Shown in pieces: positions 24,771 through 41,561 of a stretch of DNA of 64,000 bases. How positions within the stretch are numbered: position 1 is the stretch's first letter; each line of letters opens with the position of its first letter. The DNA is taken from positions 40,424,001 to 40,488,000 of the forward strand of contig OX597820.1 of assembly GCA_951406725.2 (NCBI GenBank), given 5' to 3'. The position numbers were made by a program, and so were the translations under genes. The notes below the pieces were generated by a model that ran no database searches, had not been told where the DNA came from, and saw only the letters and a program-made list of their open reading frames with translations. The DNA is from Octopus vulgaris (taxonomy: Eukaryota).

Positions 24771-25181
24771 TTTTTTTCCTCTGCGTGAATGTGTATTTAC
24801 TTTTTGAGCATTGTGAAGGATAAGAAGACGTGAGATTACATCTCAGCTTGATCTCATCATGCTAGGAATATGAATCCAGTCTCTTTCTTTATTATGATTA
24901 TAATGCCACATTATTGATACTATCCTGTCTATTATGAAACGTTTAAGTATAAATTTGTGAAAGCAAGGATTTTGATGTTTAAAAATTGGGAAGCTAATAT
25001 GAAATTTTAAAATCAGTTTCTAACAGGAAAATAAGTCAAGGAAAACATTCCTAGTGCTTTCTTCGTCCTTGATAACTTTTCTTTCTTAGCTCGTAAAATG
25101 AATGAAAATAATCGTGCGCGCATCTGTGCGTGTGTACAGGTGCACAGGTATATATATATATATATATTTCTCTCTCTCTCT

Positions 25182-25248
<67 letters not shown>

Positions 25249-26299
25249 TAGATAGATAGATAGATAGATAAATAGATAGATTGATAGATAGATAGATAGA
25301 TAGATAGATAGGTAGGTGGATAGATAGATAGATACATACATACATACATACATACATACAAACATACATACATGCATACATGCATACATAGACAGATACA
25401 TACATACATATACATACATATGCACATACATACATTTATTACTGCTTTTGATCTAATACCGTATTAATAGCTCCGTGAAAAAAAGACATTTCGTCCCCGT
25501 CGCATTCTGTATTCACATCAACTAATATATCAATAATAGTCTATATTTACCATTTAACTCTGGAGGAATGTAAGAATAAGTCGTCTGCAGACGTGACAGT
25601 AATATATCTGAAGGAGAAGACGATGATTTTTCATATTAATTTCTTTGCGTATTTATTTACTTTTACTTTGGTCTGGTGGGAATGTAAATAATATCAACTA
25701 TCTGTCTCTGGTGTGTGAGAGGTGTGCGCGTGTGTAAAAGCAAAATCAACTGTGTTCTGATATCCGTCTGGGAGCTATCTTATCTCACTTGTATCATTAA
25801 TGTCTTTGGTGAAAGCCGTAATAATTATAAATTCTGTTATCTTTGCCTTCTGAATTCATATATCAGACCTAGATTTTCGGTCACATAGACATCGGTTGTG
25901 CAGTAAATGATAGACTAACGATAGACAAACGAGTTTCTGTTACGAACTGTGAGAGACAATGCGGTTCTAAGAACCACTGTGAACTGAGATTATCATGGAA
26001 GAAAGGTAGCCATTGTTCTCTGTTCTTAGTCGCGATATTTCTACCTGAATACTTAACTATAAATAAGCCCTCTGGTGTTGAATCTCTATATGTATCAGCT
26101 ATATTACATAGTTAACGAGTGCTACATTAGCATTCAATTGTGATTATGTGACAGTGAGCATTGCCATCACAAGCTCGCAGTACCGGTGGGAGTGACGTGT
26201 TTAATATCCCTATTTTTAACTGTGGTAAGTTGACTACTGCGGGAAAAATGCACGTGGAAAGATTACTAGAGAGACGCTTTCTGGGAAGGAAAAGCTGGA

Positions 26300-27530
26300 T
26301 ATTCCGGTTATTATTAAGAGTTAGTTAATGAAGCGATACGGGTGTCGAGATGAAGAGAGACAAATGAATCGGTAGTCCTTAGAGTTGGAAAGGGACTTGA
26401 CATATCCAAGAAACAGAAGTGATAGCTTTGACAGAGGTCAAATTGTATTAGCAAACAACTCCGTACCATACGGTTGCTTGGCCTTTTATCATTTTTACCT
26501 GGAATCTTAGAAGCTGGTAGTACTCAAAAGTGGGTAGTCATACATAAAGTAGATTTGCTTTTATTTCTTCAAGCATTGTCTGGTGTCAGTATTAAAATTT
26601 TTTTGATAAAATGTGGCATGATATATCAGAGAATCCTTCTTCATAGGTGACATTTATCATATTTGTTACACCAATTTTTAAGAAATTTCCCAACGATATA
26701 TCTAGTAATGACGACATATTCCTCCATCAGTAATGTTGTAATTAGGTCTGAGTTGTGCCTGCAGTGAAATAAAGGTATTTTATTCATACTTAAGATCACT
26801 AGCAGGCAAAAGTATTAGCCAAGTAAAGTCGCTTTTTTTGGCTGTTTCCCACTTAACGCATCAGAATGTTCCTTTTAACCAACTGATTTTGTTTCATAAT
26901 TTAGCTGTTTGATCAATTTCTTTTGCGTAATGTGTAGCAATTGTATTAATCCACTTCCTACAATAATTTTTTTTTTATCACAGACAAGGTCTCGCAGCAA
27001 GACATTCTGTGAGTTGTAAAGATAATAAACAACATTAAAGACGGATTTCTTGCAGTGTTCTCTGACACTCAATAATCCCATGTAGGCCTCTATTCAGCTG
27101 ATGTTCAGTAGTTGAATGTCGGATTTCTGTGTAATATATAATGCTTTCCTAATTAGATTTCTCACATTACAGTCAACAGTATACAGTTCTGTCCGGTTCA
27201 AACCAATACGATAAGGAGTTATGCCATAACTGGAATTTACAAATGTGTTGGTGTAAACAGATAATGTTCTTAATACTGAAATGAAAGTTTTACGTTTTGT
27301 ACTCTGACAAAATATTCCTTTTTTGTTCAGATACATTTTACACACAGTTTCGATTCAACGCCGAAACATATTTATGATTCTGGATTAAGGAGATCCTCTT
27401 CTGTTGTTCAATTTCCCTCACTGATGTCGCAGATATTAACATCCACGATTGATATGTCTTGCTCTATGTCAGTTTCTTGCACTTCTCTAGTCCAAACGCG
27501 CATTTTAATGTAATGACTATATAAATAGTT
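26300..27530 (-). mobile_element. Highly degenerate R4/Dong-like LINE 3' fragment
   Basis: LNRTELYTVDCNVRNLIRKALYITQKSDIQLL..GLLSVREHCK parallels WTRNELTKIDRKTRKIM..HPKSDIERLY..GRGLIQ of the adjacent copy. Confidence 0.6.
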
Positions 27531-27668
27531 GGATAACGTATTACGTATACCGAGCTAGTTAGCTACCTACCTACCTGCCTACCTACCTACCAACCAACCT
27601 ACATACCTGCCTACCTATTAATCTACCTACCTGCCTACTTATACATAGAGACATGCATACGTACATAC

Positions 27669-30025
<2,357 letters not shown>

Positions 30026-30111
30026 TATTATAGAATTTTTATATACACAACAGATTAGACTACTAGAAAAGAAAAAAATTCCTAATATCGGACTACAAGT
30101 AACTTTAGATG

Positions 30112-31045
30112 CTAAGAACCCTCCCTCCTAAGTATCCTTGGTATGTCTAATATCGCAATTTTCCGGAGCTGTACTAAACTATCTTTTAGGCCTATTTCCT
30201 CTAGCCACCTGTTCAAATCTTCAGGGCTAGTTCTCAATGCAACTATAACTACAGGCATACATTTTACCCGCACTTTCCATAGTCTCTATAATTCAATGGC
30301 TAGGTCCTAGTACTTCGCAATTTTTCGTATCCCTCCCATATTGACTGTAAAGTCAATTACCTGGGACTTTCTATTGTCCTTACCTACTATTACTAAATCA
30401 GGCCTTCTAGCATATATTACTCTGTAAGTCTGAAAGTTTAAGTCCCACAACAACTTGTATTTCTTACTTTCTAGTACTTTACTAGAGATATTTTCATACC
30501 ATTTATACTAATAAATGGTATGAAAATATCTCTCTCAAATCCTAGCTTTGTACTTAACTCCCAGTGGATTGCTCTCCTTGGGTTGTCATGTCTTTTCTTG
30601 TATTCCTTCTGTGCCAGCGTACTATGTTCACTCACTATATGATTTGCGTTACCTATATTGAGAATCTACTTGGTTTTTGTCTATATTGGTTTAATCCAAT
30701 TAAGCATTAATGTTTGATCTTATGCAGCTACTTTCTGTCCCCCTTTTCACTTTTTCTCTTTACAACTATAGACATGTCTCAATACAACTATTTGTTGCAA
30801 CTATATTTGGGAATCTACCATGCAATGTCTTCTCCTGCCAGACAGATAATTTCTATTCTTTTTCTGGTGTTTTTTTCTGGGTTTTTGGTTTCCTATGTCT
30901 TGCTGTGAGTGTAGCAGCTGTTAATAAACTTTCTTCCCTATTACCTACATTGGACTCTATATCTACTCTGGCTAACTCCACGCAGTCTACTACTGACATT
31001 GACCTACTGCCGCCTTCCTTTCTAGGTAAGTATAATCTGGCTACT
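30112..31045 (-). mobile_element. Degenerate R4/Dong-like 3' fragment
   Basis: Minus-strand remnants ARLYLPRKEGGSRSMSV, LAQKEYKKRHDN, LLWDLNFQT, RRPDLV. Confidence 0.75.
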
Positions 31046-31127
31046 TATCATCATTATTATTATGATTATCATTATTATTATTACAATTATTATCATTATT
31101 ATTATTATAGCTATTATTATTATTATT

Positions 31128-31652
31128 GAGTGAGAGACCGGTGCATGCCATTAAAGTGACACAGGGTTACAAATATACGAAACCCAGCATGCCCATCATG
31201 AATATCCATCCAGTAGGAGTACACCAGGTACTTGCATCGCAACCATATTTGCGCGACATGGATATATCATATCAAAGTAAATAGCGCATGATTTTGTACG
31301 TGGGTCTCGGAATTTTCTTCAGGTCGAGTAGGCCTCCTCTTTCAAAGGGACCCTGAATAAGAGTTAAGGATGTTGAATGAAACGCCCATGTTTCCAGAAG
31401 TGAATTTTCAACTCACCAAAATACCTCTCAACACATAGCTATGATGCTTCTCCACTTCTTCTACTCGTGATCAGAGATGCACATATCGTTAGCCACAAAG
31501 GACATGCTCAATTGGTTGTGGTAAAACAACTGAGAGACGAATCTGTGATATTGAGCAGAATATTTGCTGTAGCCCGTCTTTTTATACCAAGAGAAAACAT
31601 GTAATGATAAAACTTCCAATCAGTTAAAATTAGAAGCTATGAGTAGGGCATT
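31128..31652. mobile_element. Non-coding interspersed element abutting (TTA)n; shorter related copy at 35563-35712
   Basis: Shared blocks AAAGTGACAC.GGG, TCAA..TAAA.AGCGCATG, GAATTTTCTTCAGGT.GAGTAG, TGAATAAG. Both copies start right after (TTA/TCA)n. Confidence 0.65.
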
Positions 31653-31674
31653 TACTATTATTATTGTTGTTGTT

Positions 31675-33838
31675 TACACAATAAGCGTGCAGTTCAAAGA
31701 AATGCAGACGTTTGCAGTACACCTAGATTGTAGGGTATTTCTAAAGTTTTTAGATTGGGTGGTATTGAACCCAATGCTTTGATGACTATAGGGGTTACAC
31801 GTTTATGTCTGACTCTCATAGCTGCCGCATTATAGCGATTTCAATTCTCAGGTCTCCATATTTATCAATCTTTTCTCTTTCTTTCATGATAATATGTTGA
31901 TCCCCTGGCACTGCCACGTCAATTATTAGGCACCCTTGTTTTGTCCTGCTAAATGTTACTATATCTGGTCTTCGATGCTGTAATATTTTGTTTGGAAGTC
32001 AAATCCCCAGAGGATTTTTGGCTTCCACTTTTTGTCCATTACCTCTTCCGGCGTATGTTGGTACGAAGCCCCGTAACCTCATATCTATACTTACGGTATA
32101 GTAGCCAGTGGATTTGAGGCTACCTTGTCATGTCTACGCTTGTACTCTCTCTCTCTCTCTGCGCAAGACTTTCACAAGCTCTAACAATGTGAGTCTCGCT
32201 TTTGACCCTCTTCCCACATATTCTGCAGAGGTCCGTTGCACTTTTGTGGTACATACATATATATTTTTCACTGAGTTGGTATTCAGTGGCTGGTCCTTGG
32301 TAGTGATGATTGGGCTTTCAGCATTCTTTTTTAGGTCACCCTTGTTAAGCCATGATGCTTCCTGGTCTTTTAATTTGTTTGTTTCACGGTGGAACTGACC
32401 ATGTAATTCCATGAGGATTAGTGATTCTTCTCTCTCGTTGTCTGTTCTTGATCGGTATTCATGAGCATTCTCAAGTCCATTTTTGGTAAATTCTTTTGCA
32501 TTAGCACCATACTGTAGCAGGTTTTCTTTGCTGTTTACCAAATATTCTGCCATGTTTCTTCTTTCACTGTTGATGCACTCCCGTACGCTAAGCAGTCCAC
32601 GTTCATCTTAACTCCTCTTCATCTAGAGCCTGTGTCCGATTGCCTTAGGGTGTAGGGCACCATACATTGTCATTATCTTTCGGGTAGTTCGGGTACATTG
32701 TCATTGTCTTTCGGGTAGTTCGGTTAGTTGGTTAAACTTCGTTTGTGTCCACTTCAGGATGGATGCACGATAGCAGACTACAGTAACCGCCCATATGTTG
32801 ATGACAGTCACAAGGTTCCTTAAGTTGAATTTTGATTTCAAGAGAAGTTTGAGCTGCTTGAAATATGCAGTAATGACCTTGTCTTTCATTTTTCTGTGCA
32901 AGATACTGTCCAGCTCTAGGATCGCAAGGTACTTGTACCCATCATTAGCCGGGTTTTCCATTCTCTCTCCGTTGGCAAGTTTATGCTCCTTCAATTTAAT
33001 TTCTTTCACCCGCTTCCAAAGTAAGCACCGCACACTTCGAGATACCGAATTCCATCCCTATATCCTTGCTGCACATTTGCACAGTCTCAACCAGATTCTC
33101 CATTTCAGGTTTTGTTTTTGCGAACACTTTTATTTCCTCGATGAAGAGAAGGTGGTTGAGACGAGGTCCATTCTTTCTCAGCTCTCAGTGGGATCAAAGC
33201 TATAACGAATAACAGAAGTGAACATCAGTCTCCTTGGACGATACCTGTTTGTATTGTTACCTCGGCTAAGTGGGTGTTGTTATAATAAAGACGTGTTTTC
33301 CAACTAAGTATGCTGTTTCTAATCAGTACACACAAGTTCTCAGCTGTCCCGCATATGTCGAGTGTTTCGAAAATCCACGAAAGCGGCAAAACGTCGTAAG
33401 CCTTTCTGAAGTGTATCCAGGCCATGCATAAGTTTTTGGTACTGTTTGCAGTTCTTCATTATCTTATCTATCAGAAGGTGGCCCTTGGTGGCCTTAGATC
33501 CCTTTCGGTATCCCTTTTCTTCTACTGGCAGTAGATAGTTTTCCGCAAGGAACGCATATACTTTCCCTGTGAGGATACCTATTAATACTTTCCATAAGAC
33601 AAGCAATGGATCGGTAATTGGTAACTTCATTGCCCTTTGACCGATCTTTCGTTAACAATGTTGTTTTTCCCCTCTACCATCCATACGGAGCTGCACGGCT
33701 CTGTAGGCAGTTATCTAATTGGAACGCAGTTCTCTTCCGTGCTGACCTAAGCCACTTGAGGCAGCGGCATTGAATTCCGTTTGGTTCTGCCGCTTTCCAG
33801 TTTGGTAGTATAGATACCTGTGCAATGACATCTTCCGT
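31675..33838 (-). mobile_element. Degenerate R4/Dong-like LINE
   Basis: Frameshifted ORFs: EEKGYRKGSKATKGHLLIDK, AWIHFRKAYD, TGIVQGD, GYKYLAILE, LHGQF, SWLNKGDLK; RRPDIV near 31970. Confidence 0.85.
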
Positions 33839-33865
33839 TCATATTATTATCATTATTATTATTAG

Positions 33866-33916
<51 letters not shown>

Positions 33917-33955
33917 TGCGAGTTTCAATTTTAATTTCTTATTTTTATCATTATT

Positions 33956-34080
33956 ATCTCTATATATAAGACATCGTTTGTTTGTGTGTGTGCATGTGCC
34001 TGCGCGCGTATGATTCCAAAACTGTGTTACCGATTTCGACGTAAAAGGTATCAAAACATTCAGTAATCATTCGGCTACTA
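33956..34080 (+). mobile_element. Possible 5' end of a non-autonomous Helitron
   Basis: ATCTCTATATATAAG followed by a GT-rich repeat and ACCGATTT, as in invertebrate Helitron-N 5' ends; 3' end not located. Confidence 0.35.
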
Positions 34081-35486
34081 AATAAGGTATGCTTGTAGCA
34101 CAACAACTCTTTTTTCCTACTAAAATAACCTCGAAAATGAGGTCGGATGGCACAACCTTGAGGTCGTTTTCGGTCAATATTTCGATTCACTTTCGTCTGA
34201 AGTTTCACGCATGCGTAGAATTCTACTGAATTACCACACCTAGAAATATCAAACCACCACCACCACAACACCTCCATGCTCCCAAAGAAACTAAAACATT
34301 CCGAGTTTTTACCTTTTTGAAAGTGGGGAGGTGTTAAAGATTCGTAATTTCTGTATTCCTCTATGTGGATTACAAAAATAAAAATCCGAAAAAGTTCAAA
34401 AATAAAAATTTGGGTAGGAGGGGGAAATTTACAATGTTGAAAACATGATCTTTCGGCAAAATCGTAATCTCCTATATAGAAAACAGGAATCCCAACAAAT
34501 TTTGGAAATAAAAAGGTGTGTGGAAAAATCACATCCGACATGCTAGAAACAACAGGTACACGACACGATTTCTGTTATAAAATTCATTTGCAGTATATAT
34601 TGAAGATCAGATTTTTCAATGTGCTCATTACAAGCACGAATTACAAAATAAAGAGAGATCATTTCCACTGGAGTTGAGCCGTGTCGAAGTTTCAGCTATA
34701 TTTTCTGCTTGTATCTGAGTGTACGTGTGTATGCGTTTTTACATACCTTTCGTCATTCCAATACTTCCAAGTTTGGACTTCACTCTTGATTGTATAGCCA
34801 CCAAAAATTGTGTACGGGTGATCACGCCAGACAAACATCTATGAAAATGTACACATAAATATTGTATTGAAATAAGCCACAATCAAAAAATTTTAAGACG
34901 TCAATTTCTCTGTATGTTATGAGGAAATACAGTCAAGTGGTCGCTACTTCTGAAGATATGACATTTTTGGATGGTAAATAAATCTAGATAATTTTGCCCT
35001 TAATTTAGCAGGCCACGTTTCCCACTCCACTTCACTGATTCTGCTCACATATTGGCATTGTTTCTCTCTTTCAATTTCTCATTATAATGTATGGGGACAT
35101 TTTTTTCACAGCATGTTACAATATTACTAACTTCATCGATATATGACTAAACCTGAATTTCATTTAATTTTTTTACATGTTTTGATATTAATTATATAGA
35201 TAATTCCAAACACGATATGTAAAGATAACTTATTTTAATGAAATATTTATGCGTACATTTACATACGTTTCTCAGGCGCATCAACCCTGCAAATACGCGC
35301 ACACACTTCTTTACGGCTTCACAATGAGGGCTGAACTCCAATTTTGAAAGTAAAGTTCAAGTTTTTGTTCTATTTTTAATTAAGAAAGGCATGTCAAAAT
35401 AACTTTCTTTGGCGCGCACTGAAGTCGATGTAATCGATTTATCCGCTCCCCCAAAACTGCTGCCCTTGTGAAAAAATTTGAAACCC

Positions 35487-35532
<46 letters not shown>

Positions 35533-36431
35533 TATTATTTTCATCATCATCATCATCATCATTGAACGAGAGAGCAGTACGTTACATCAAAGTGACACTG
35601 GGGTGTTCTCATGTCAAGATAAACAGCGCATGCCCTTACGGGTGAGCCTAGTTAGAATTTTCTTCAGGTTGAGTAGCCCATCCCTCTTAAAAGATCCATG
35701 AATAAGGCTTGTTTGGCAACTTCCTTCTCTTTCTGTCTAAGCTGTTTAGTTCCTCTATATTTTCGCCAGCATTTATAGAGAAATGCCGCAAGATAATGCA
35801 ATTCTCATTTCCTATCACAGCATCTGGTACAATTCATTCTACAGACTTCAGCATAGTTTTCTTCCACTAAAATTTACTCACAGTGGTGTGGACTGATGAG
35901 GAACTATAGAAAATAACATCCTCGAAGGCGGAGTCGAACCTTTGACTTTTGCAAAGAGAATTTCGAAAACATTTGTTCTTACTATGCCACTATGTATGTG
36001 TGTGTTTGTTCGTCTGCATGCGTATGGATTTGTTTCCGTTTATGTTCCTTTTCCGTTACAACTTGTTTTGTATCAAAAAGTTATCTAAGCCTTTCGAGAA
36101 AATAGAACTAAACTGAAATAAGTACTGGAGATGTTATAATTAGTAAAACCCTTTATTGCTTCTGCCCCAACATACAAGCAGTCAAATGGACAAAACCAGC
36201 AAAAGAATATCTCAAATACTTCATTATAATCTGCCTCGAAAATTATCTTCCACTCTTTCTTAACACTACGTCTATTAGTCATCGCTGAAATGGAATGCAT
36301 TTCATCATAATTCATACACCTCCCCGATATGTAATCCATGCAGTAGCTGTTAGCATTTTTATCCGTTTCAGTCATATCGGTTTGCGAATCGTCATTCTCC
36401 CTCTCTTTCTCCTTTCCTCTCTCTGTCTCTG

Positions 36432-36465
<34 letters not shown>

Positions 36466-37044
36466 TCTCTCTCACTCACTCACTCACTCTCCATTATTTT
36501 CTTTCTCTTTCCGAATATTTGCTTGAATCTCCTCACAATTTACTCTTCTCTCTTCAACTAGCTTCAATCAATTCTTATTAGTTATACTAGATATAATAGT
36601 ATGCATGACTCAGTATTTCTGTCAGTACACGCTTGTATACTTCTTTTTTACATCCACCAAATTTCAGCAGCATGTGACAACTTCATTTATTATATTTTTA
36701 CGAAATATTCACATTGACTTTGGTGTCAATCCCATATGCATTATTTAAAGGAAGTGTATAGCAGAAATGATTGGCGGAAGAAATAAGTTCCATTATTTAT
36801 TGATATTTCGTTATGTTATCAGTTCAAATCTGACATGATCGACTTTATATTTCGTCTCACGGAGATGAGATAAAAAATGAACCCAACAAATTTAGGAGTC
36901 TCCCTAATCAAATGTTCCCCTTCGCCAAAGCGGGTTGTTTTAAGGTTATGTAAAGAATAATTACTTAAGAACAGACCAAAGCTCGAACGGGGTTATTCCA
37001 AACGAAATCATCTGCGGAATTAAGTCATATTTTTAACATTTTAA

Positions 37045-37091
<47 letters not shown>

Positions 37092-37276
37092 ATTCTTTTA
37101 CTTGTTTCAGTCCTTTGACTGCGGCCATGCTGAAGAACAGCCTTGAAGGGATTAGTGAAACAAATCACCCCAGTACTTGTTCTTTAAGCCTAGTACTTAT
37201 TCTATCAGTATATTTTGCCGGAGGTACAAACTCACCAACACCGGTTGTCAAGTGGTGATGGAGAAGACAAACACGG

Positions 37277-37370
<94 letters not shown>

Positions 37371-37371
<1 letters not shown>

Positions 37372-37517
37372 GACGGGCTTCTTTCAGTTTCCGTCTACCA
37401 AATCCTCTCTCAAGGTTATAGTAAAAGACACTTGCCCAAGATACCACGTAGGGAGACTGAACCTGGAACTATGTGGCTGAGAAGCAAAACTTTTACCACA
37501 CATCCACGCCTGTGCCT
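37371..37517 (-). mobile_element. CORE-type SINE
   Basis: CGACGGGCTTCTTTCAGTTTCCGTC...CACTTGCCCAAG is the reverse complement of the 20803 family. Confidence 0.75.
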
Positions 37518-37728
37518 ATTATAACTTTATAAATATAAATAATATACTTATGTGTTTGTGTAGGCCCATATTTTTCTCTCCCCACTGCTGGCATTTGATT
37601 GCTTATATCCTCGTACATAAGCGGTGGTGTAGAATGGTATTACTGGAATAAGTTGTAGGGCTGATGAATTTGACTAGGCCTTTGAAGGTGCCTTCCAGCA
37701 TATCCTAGGCCAATGGCTAAGACAAATA

Positions 37729-37944
37729 TTGGCTTCAAATTTTGACACAAGGCCAGCAATTTCTGCGAAGGGGTCAAGTCGATCATATCGTTCCCCCATT
37801 GTTCAACTGATACTTATTTCATCTACCCCGAAAAGAGGAAAGATAAAATTGACCCCGGCGAAATTTGAACTCGAAACATAAAGACGGATGAAATGCCACT
37901 AAGCAATTTGCCCGGCGTGCTAACGACCCTGCCAGCTCTCCGCC
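37729..37944 (-). mobile_element. tRNA-derived SINE (family of 61541)
   Basis: GGCGAAATTTGAACTC...GCCCGGCGTGCTAACG...GCCAGCTC. Confidence 0.75.
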
Positions 37945-38088
37945 TGTACTGAAACAAATATGCAAATGAAGATTAAAGAAATATCTCTTTAATGATTTAA
38001 ACAGACAATAAACCCGACAGGATCGACCCCCAAACCAAATAATAGCGGATTGAGGTTTTTAGCCACTTAAGGGTGTAGATATCTAGTC

Positions 38089-38273
38089 TAGTGCTCCGAA
38101 ACCGGTATGCCGCGGCACACTGGTGTGCTACGAGACGATGCTAGGTGTGCCATAGTGTAACCTAAATATAATATTTTTCCCTATACTTTTAGTGATATTT
38201 TTTGTTCAGATGTGCCGCCGAATTTTGAAAAGAATATAAATGCACCGCATGTGAAAACATTTGCGGTGCACTG
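38089..38273. mobile_element. hAT (Charlie-like) MITE with 8-bp TSD
   Basis: Ends TAGTGCTCCG.AA / TTGCGGTGCACTG; TSD ATCTAGTC / ATCTAGAC; internal GTGCCGC repeats. Confidence 0.75.
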
Positions 38274-41239
38274 ATCTAGACTGTCATGGATTTTTTTGCT
38301 GCATGTTTCTTCTACAGCATCGAAACTTTACTATAGATACATAGTAATCTGAGCAGATAAACTCAAAACCACCATACATACACAAATTTTTATACAAAAT
38401 TTTATACAGTTGGACGCTCATCTAACACCTAAATCAACTGATAAACTCACACACTGACACATGTAGATAGAGATGCACGGTTATGCAGATTTTTCATTGA
38501 ATAAATTTGGAAAATCGAAAGAAGCTAAGTGCACACACGTATACGACGACATATGGATATGATCACAACTATATTCATGCAAATGAATTCGCAAACACAT
38601 ACAGATTAATAATAAATTCTCGAACAGTTTGAAGTATAGTAGACGCATATGACATTGATATGGTCAATATCTCATCAGCACTTTAAGTGAAAGTTGCGCT
38701 GAGACATTAGATTTGAATGTAAGGTCAGGTCGCAGATTGTCATTCAACTCATCAACGCCATTTCTAGTTTCTTTGTCAATTTCTTTACCATTTCTAAAAT
38801 TAGGTTGTCAGTATTCAAATAAGCACCTGCTCCTCTTTAAAAGCATTCACACAGCATTCAGGTTTTCAGGTCACATCAAACCGATTCTCTAAATATTCGC
38901 ACATCCACTGGCTATTAATCACTATATGATTACTGAGAATGAAATGATTGGTTCCTAATTGGATGCCAATCTTCTGGTTAGCGAAAATGGAAGAAATTGC
39001 TGAAGCCGTAGAAGCGCCGGAATACGTGTTTTGTTGTAGCTGATTTTATATATTATTACGCAAGGTTTAGATTTCACCCTGGGTCAGCTTTACTCTCCAT
39101 TTCTTTGTGATATAAGATAAACACTAATAATATAAATTAATCAGTTAATTATAGCCTTAACACTTCTACTTCTCAAACTTTACTTCATGTATGATAAAGA
39201 ACACTATAATGTTTAAGGGTGTATTGCTTTATTTTTCAGTCCAGTGTGAAATACTTTCTAGAGTGACGTTACGTCATTCATTTAGACATTTATTGTTTAA
39301 TTTGAAGCTTAGCTACATGATTGGTGACCTAGAAAGAGGTACATATCGTTTTAAATAAGTAGTATATAAGACCCTTAGTCAGATTTATCCGGTAATTTAA
39401 ATTATCATGCTCAAAATTTAAATAAATCATTTAGCCATGTGGATGGAGAAGACTCCTAATGTTTCTATCAGGGCCCTTATTTATTCTCTTCTACTTTCTC
39501 AGCTCAAACTGAATTACTCTATTTTTAACAGATTATTTTAAATGTCTTGGTTCCTATCGTGTAACTTTATTTACTAATAAAGTTCTACACCTCTTTTCTC
39601 CCTAATGGAAAATGTTTTCATGTCTAAAATTTTAGAACTAGTTTAAAGAAACGAAACCCTGCTTCTGGTATGTTTGCATATAATTGTTTACCATTCGATT
39701 TATCCGCTAAGATTTTCTTCCTGTATGAAGGAAGATTTATTTTAGCTGATAGATTTGTCTTAATCCTTGTGATTAAATAAGTATTGAATTACATTATATT
39801 TGCGTTCAACTTTCCCCTAACAGTATTTTACAAGCAACAAACTCCAAAGCTATCAGATCTGAAGACATAAATCAATAATTCTATCTGTCAAATACACTAA
39901 AAATTCTTTTAGCTAAAGATTTAATGGAAATAATTATAAATTACGTCCAATATTATTCGCTTCAATTAAAATCTTAAGTTTAAATAATAGAAACTTAACA
40001 AGCGTCTTTCTTTGTCAAAGAAGGGTCAATTTCTTTAACAATCATACATTGTGCTATATTTTATTAACCATGTACACACACACACACACACACAAATATA
40101 TGTATGCATACATAACATACAAACATACATACATGCGTATATTAATGCATGCATACATACATACCAGCTTGCAAGAATGCTGCAAAGATAACAATATATT
40201 CTTTCTCTCCATCCTTCAGTATGAAAAACAAAATGAGCTATCCAATTTTTGCTGAATTAGATTTTCATTAGGCGTACTCTGTTTTGCTACACATTGCCCT
40301 GAAGATTCTGAAAATCTAGAAACTATAATAACAAGTAACGTACGCTGGAGGTGTATTAGACACAAGAAGAGTATCCTACACTGCGGTGTCGCTACACTTT
40401 AACGTGAACCAAAATGATTTTCATTTACATATCTTAATGTCAAACCTAGAATAAAACGATCCACTACATAAATTCACTAGTTTGAATAAAATGGAGCAGT
40501 ATTTACAAATGCTAAAAAAAGGCAAGTAAAAATCAACAATAGACTTCTGCTGAATACTAGGGTTGGCAGTTAGTGAACATTTGAGGGATTGTGTCGCGGA
40601 CTATGAAGTATTTTACAATTCGACGTCGTCAAAATCCACTTCTGGCTGTTTTAAATTTATCATGATGCAGTACGAGTAGAAAAGCTCATAGGAGCCGTCT
40701 GAGTAGTCTTATTAAATCTAAGAGGTTGCTTCTAATCTATATGTGTTAAGGTGTGTTATATTGGCTTTCTTATTTACTTAAGTATATGAGTTTCATATTT
40801 CCGTCTAATATTGTGCAATCATTTTGTGAAATTTCAAAAATTTTTAGCTAACCTTAATATATGGTATAATGGTTGTTTACTTGTCCACTCCTTTCATTTT
40901 CTTATTCTAGCTCCACGCATATCATTATTATTATTTATTTACTATTTATTTATTATTTATTAGTTATTTTTGTAACCATCCCTTTTTTCCGATGTGTGGA
41001 TGTATAAGTCCAGGCTGATAAACATTAAAGAAAATTAATTTTTTTATTAGTATTTGTTTTTATTGCCAAAGGCGACGAGATTTGGAAGTAAACATTATTA
41101 GTTTATATTGGTTTGACTGACTTCCAATCTGGCTTTCAGTACCTTGCTTCTCATAGCTTGTGTTCGATGAAATCACGTGATACAGCAGTAACAGCCATCG
41201 GTGCCGAGGAAATGTAGTCAAGTGATGGCGGTAGTCCCC

Positions 41240-41560
41240 TCATCAAGGATGTCACATGCTGTGACACCTCCTTCAGCGGCAACTTTGTATTGTCATTGGT
41301 CATCCCAGGCCCCACTGCTAGTCAGGCTAAGAAGAAAAAAAACTGTCTTGCTATCGGTCGTACTCTGATAGGTTTATGGTTGATTCTGTGGCAGCTGAGA
41401 CCTCCGGTGTCCTTGGTCCCGGACCATATCCCCGCTTATCATTATCGGGGCAGAGATTGCTGTCCACAAGTGCAAGCCCCGCGAGTTGGACTGGCTGTTC
41501 CTGCGCATCTCCCTCACTACTATCCGGAGCAACGCCTTTTCCAATTTGTCTGCTGGTGCT
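41240..41560 (+). mobile_element. REL-endonuclease C-terminal fragment of a CRE-like non-LTR element
   Basis: Frameshifted DVTCCDT...ASQAKKKK...VAAETSGVLGPG...ISLTTIRSNA, resembling DVT..K..KY..P.AxETxGxxG..LSxxxQRGNA. Confidence 0.55.
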
Positions 41561-41561
41561 A

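Noticed and set aside
33960-34541. 193-aa minus-strand ORF
   Set aside because: No motif; lies in probable non-autonomous repeat sequence.
35888-35922. CTGATGA...GAAA hammerhead-like motif
   Set aside because: Stem II cannot pair, and it lies in what looks like a decayed SINE.
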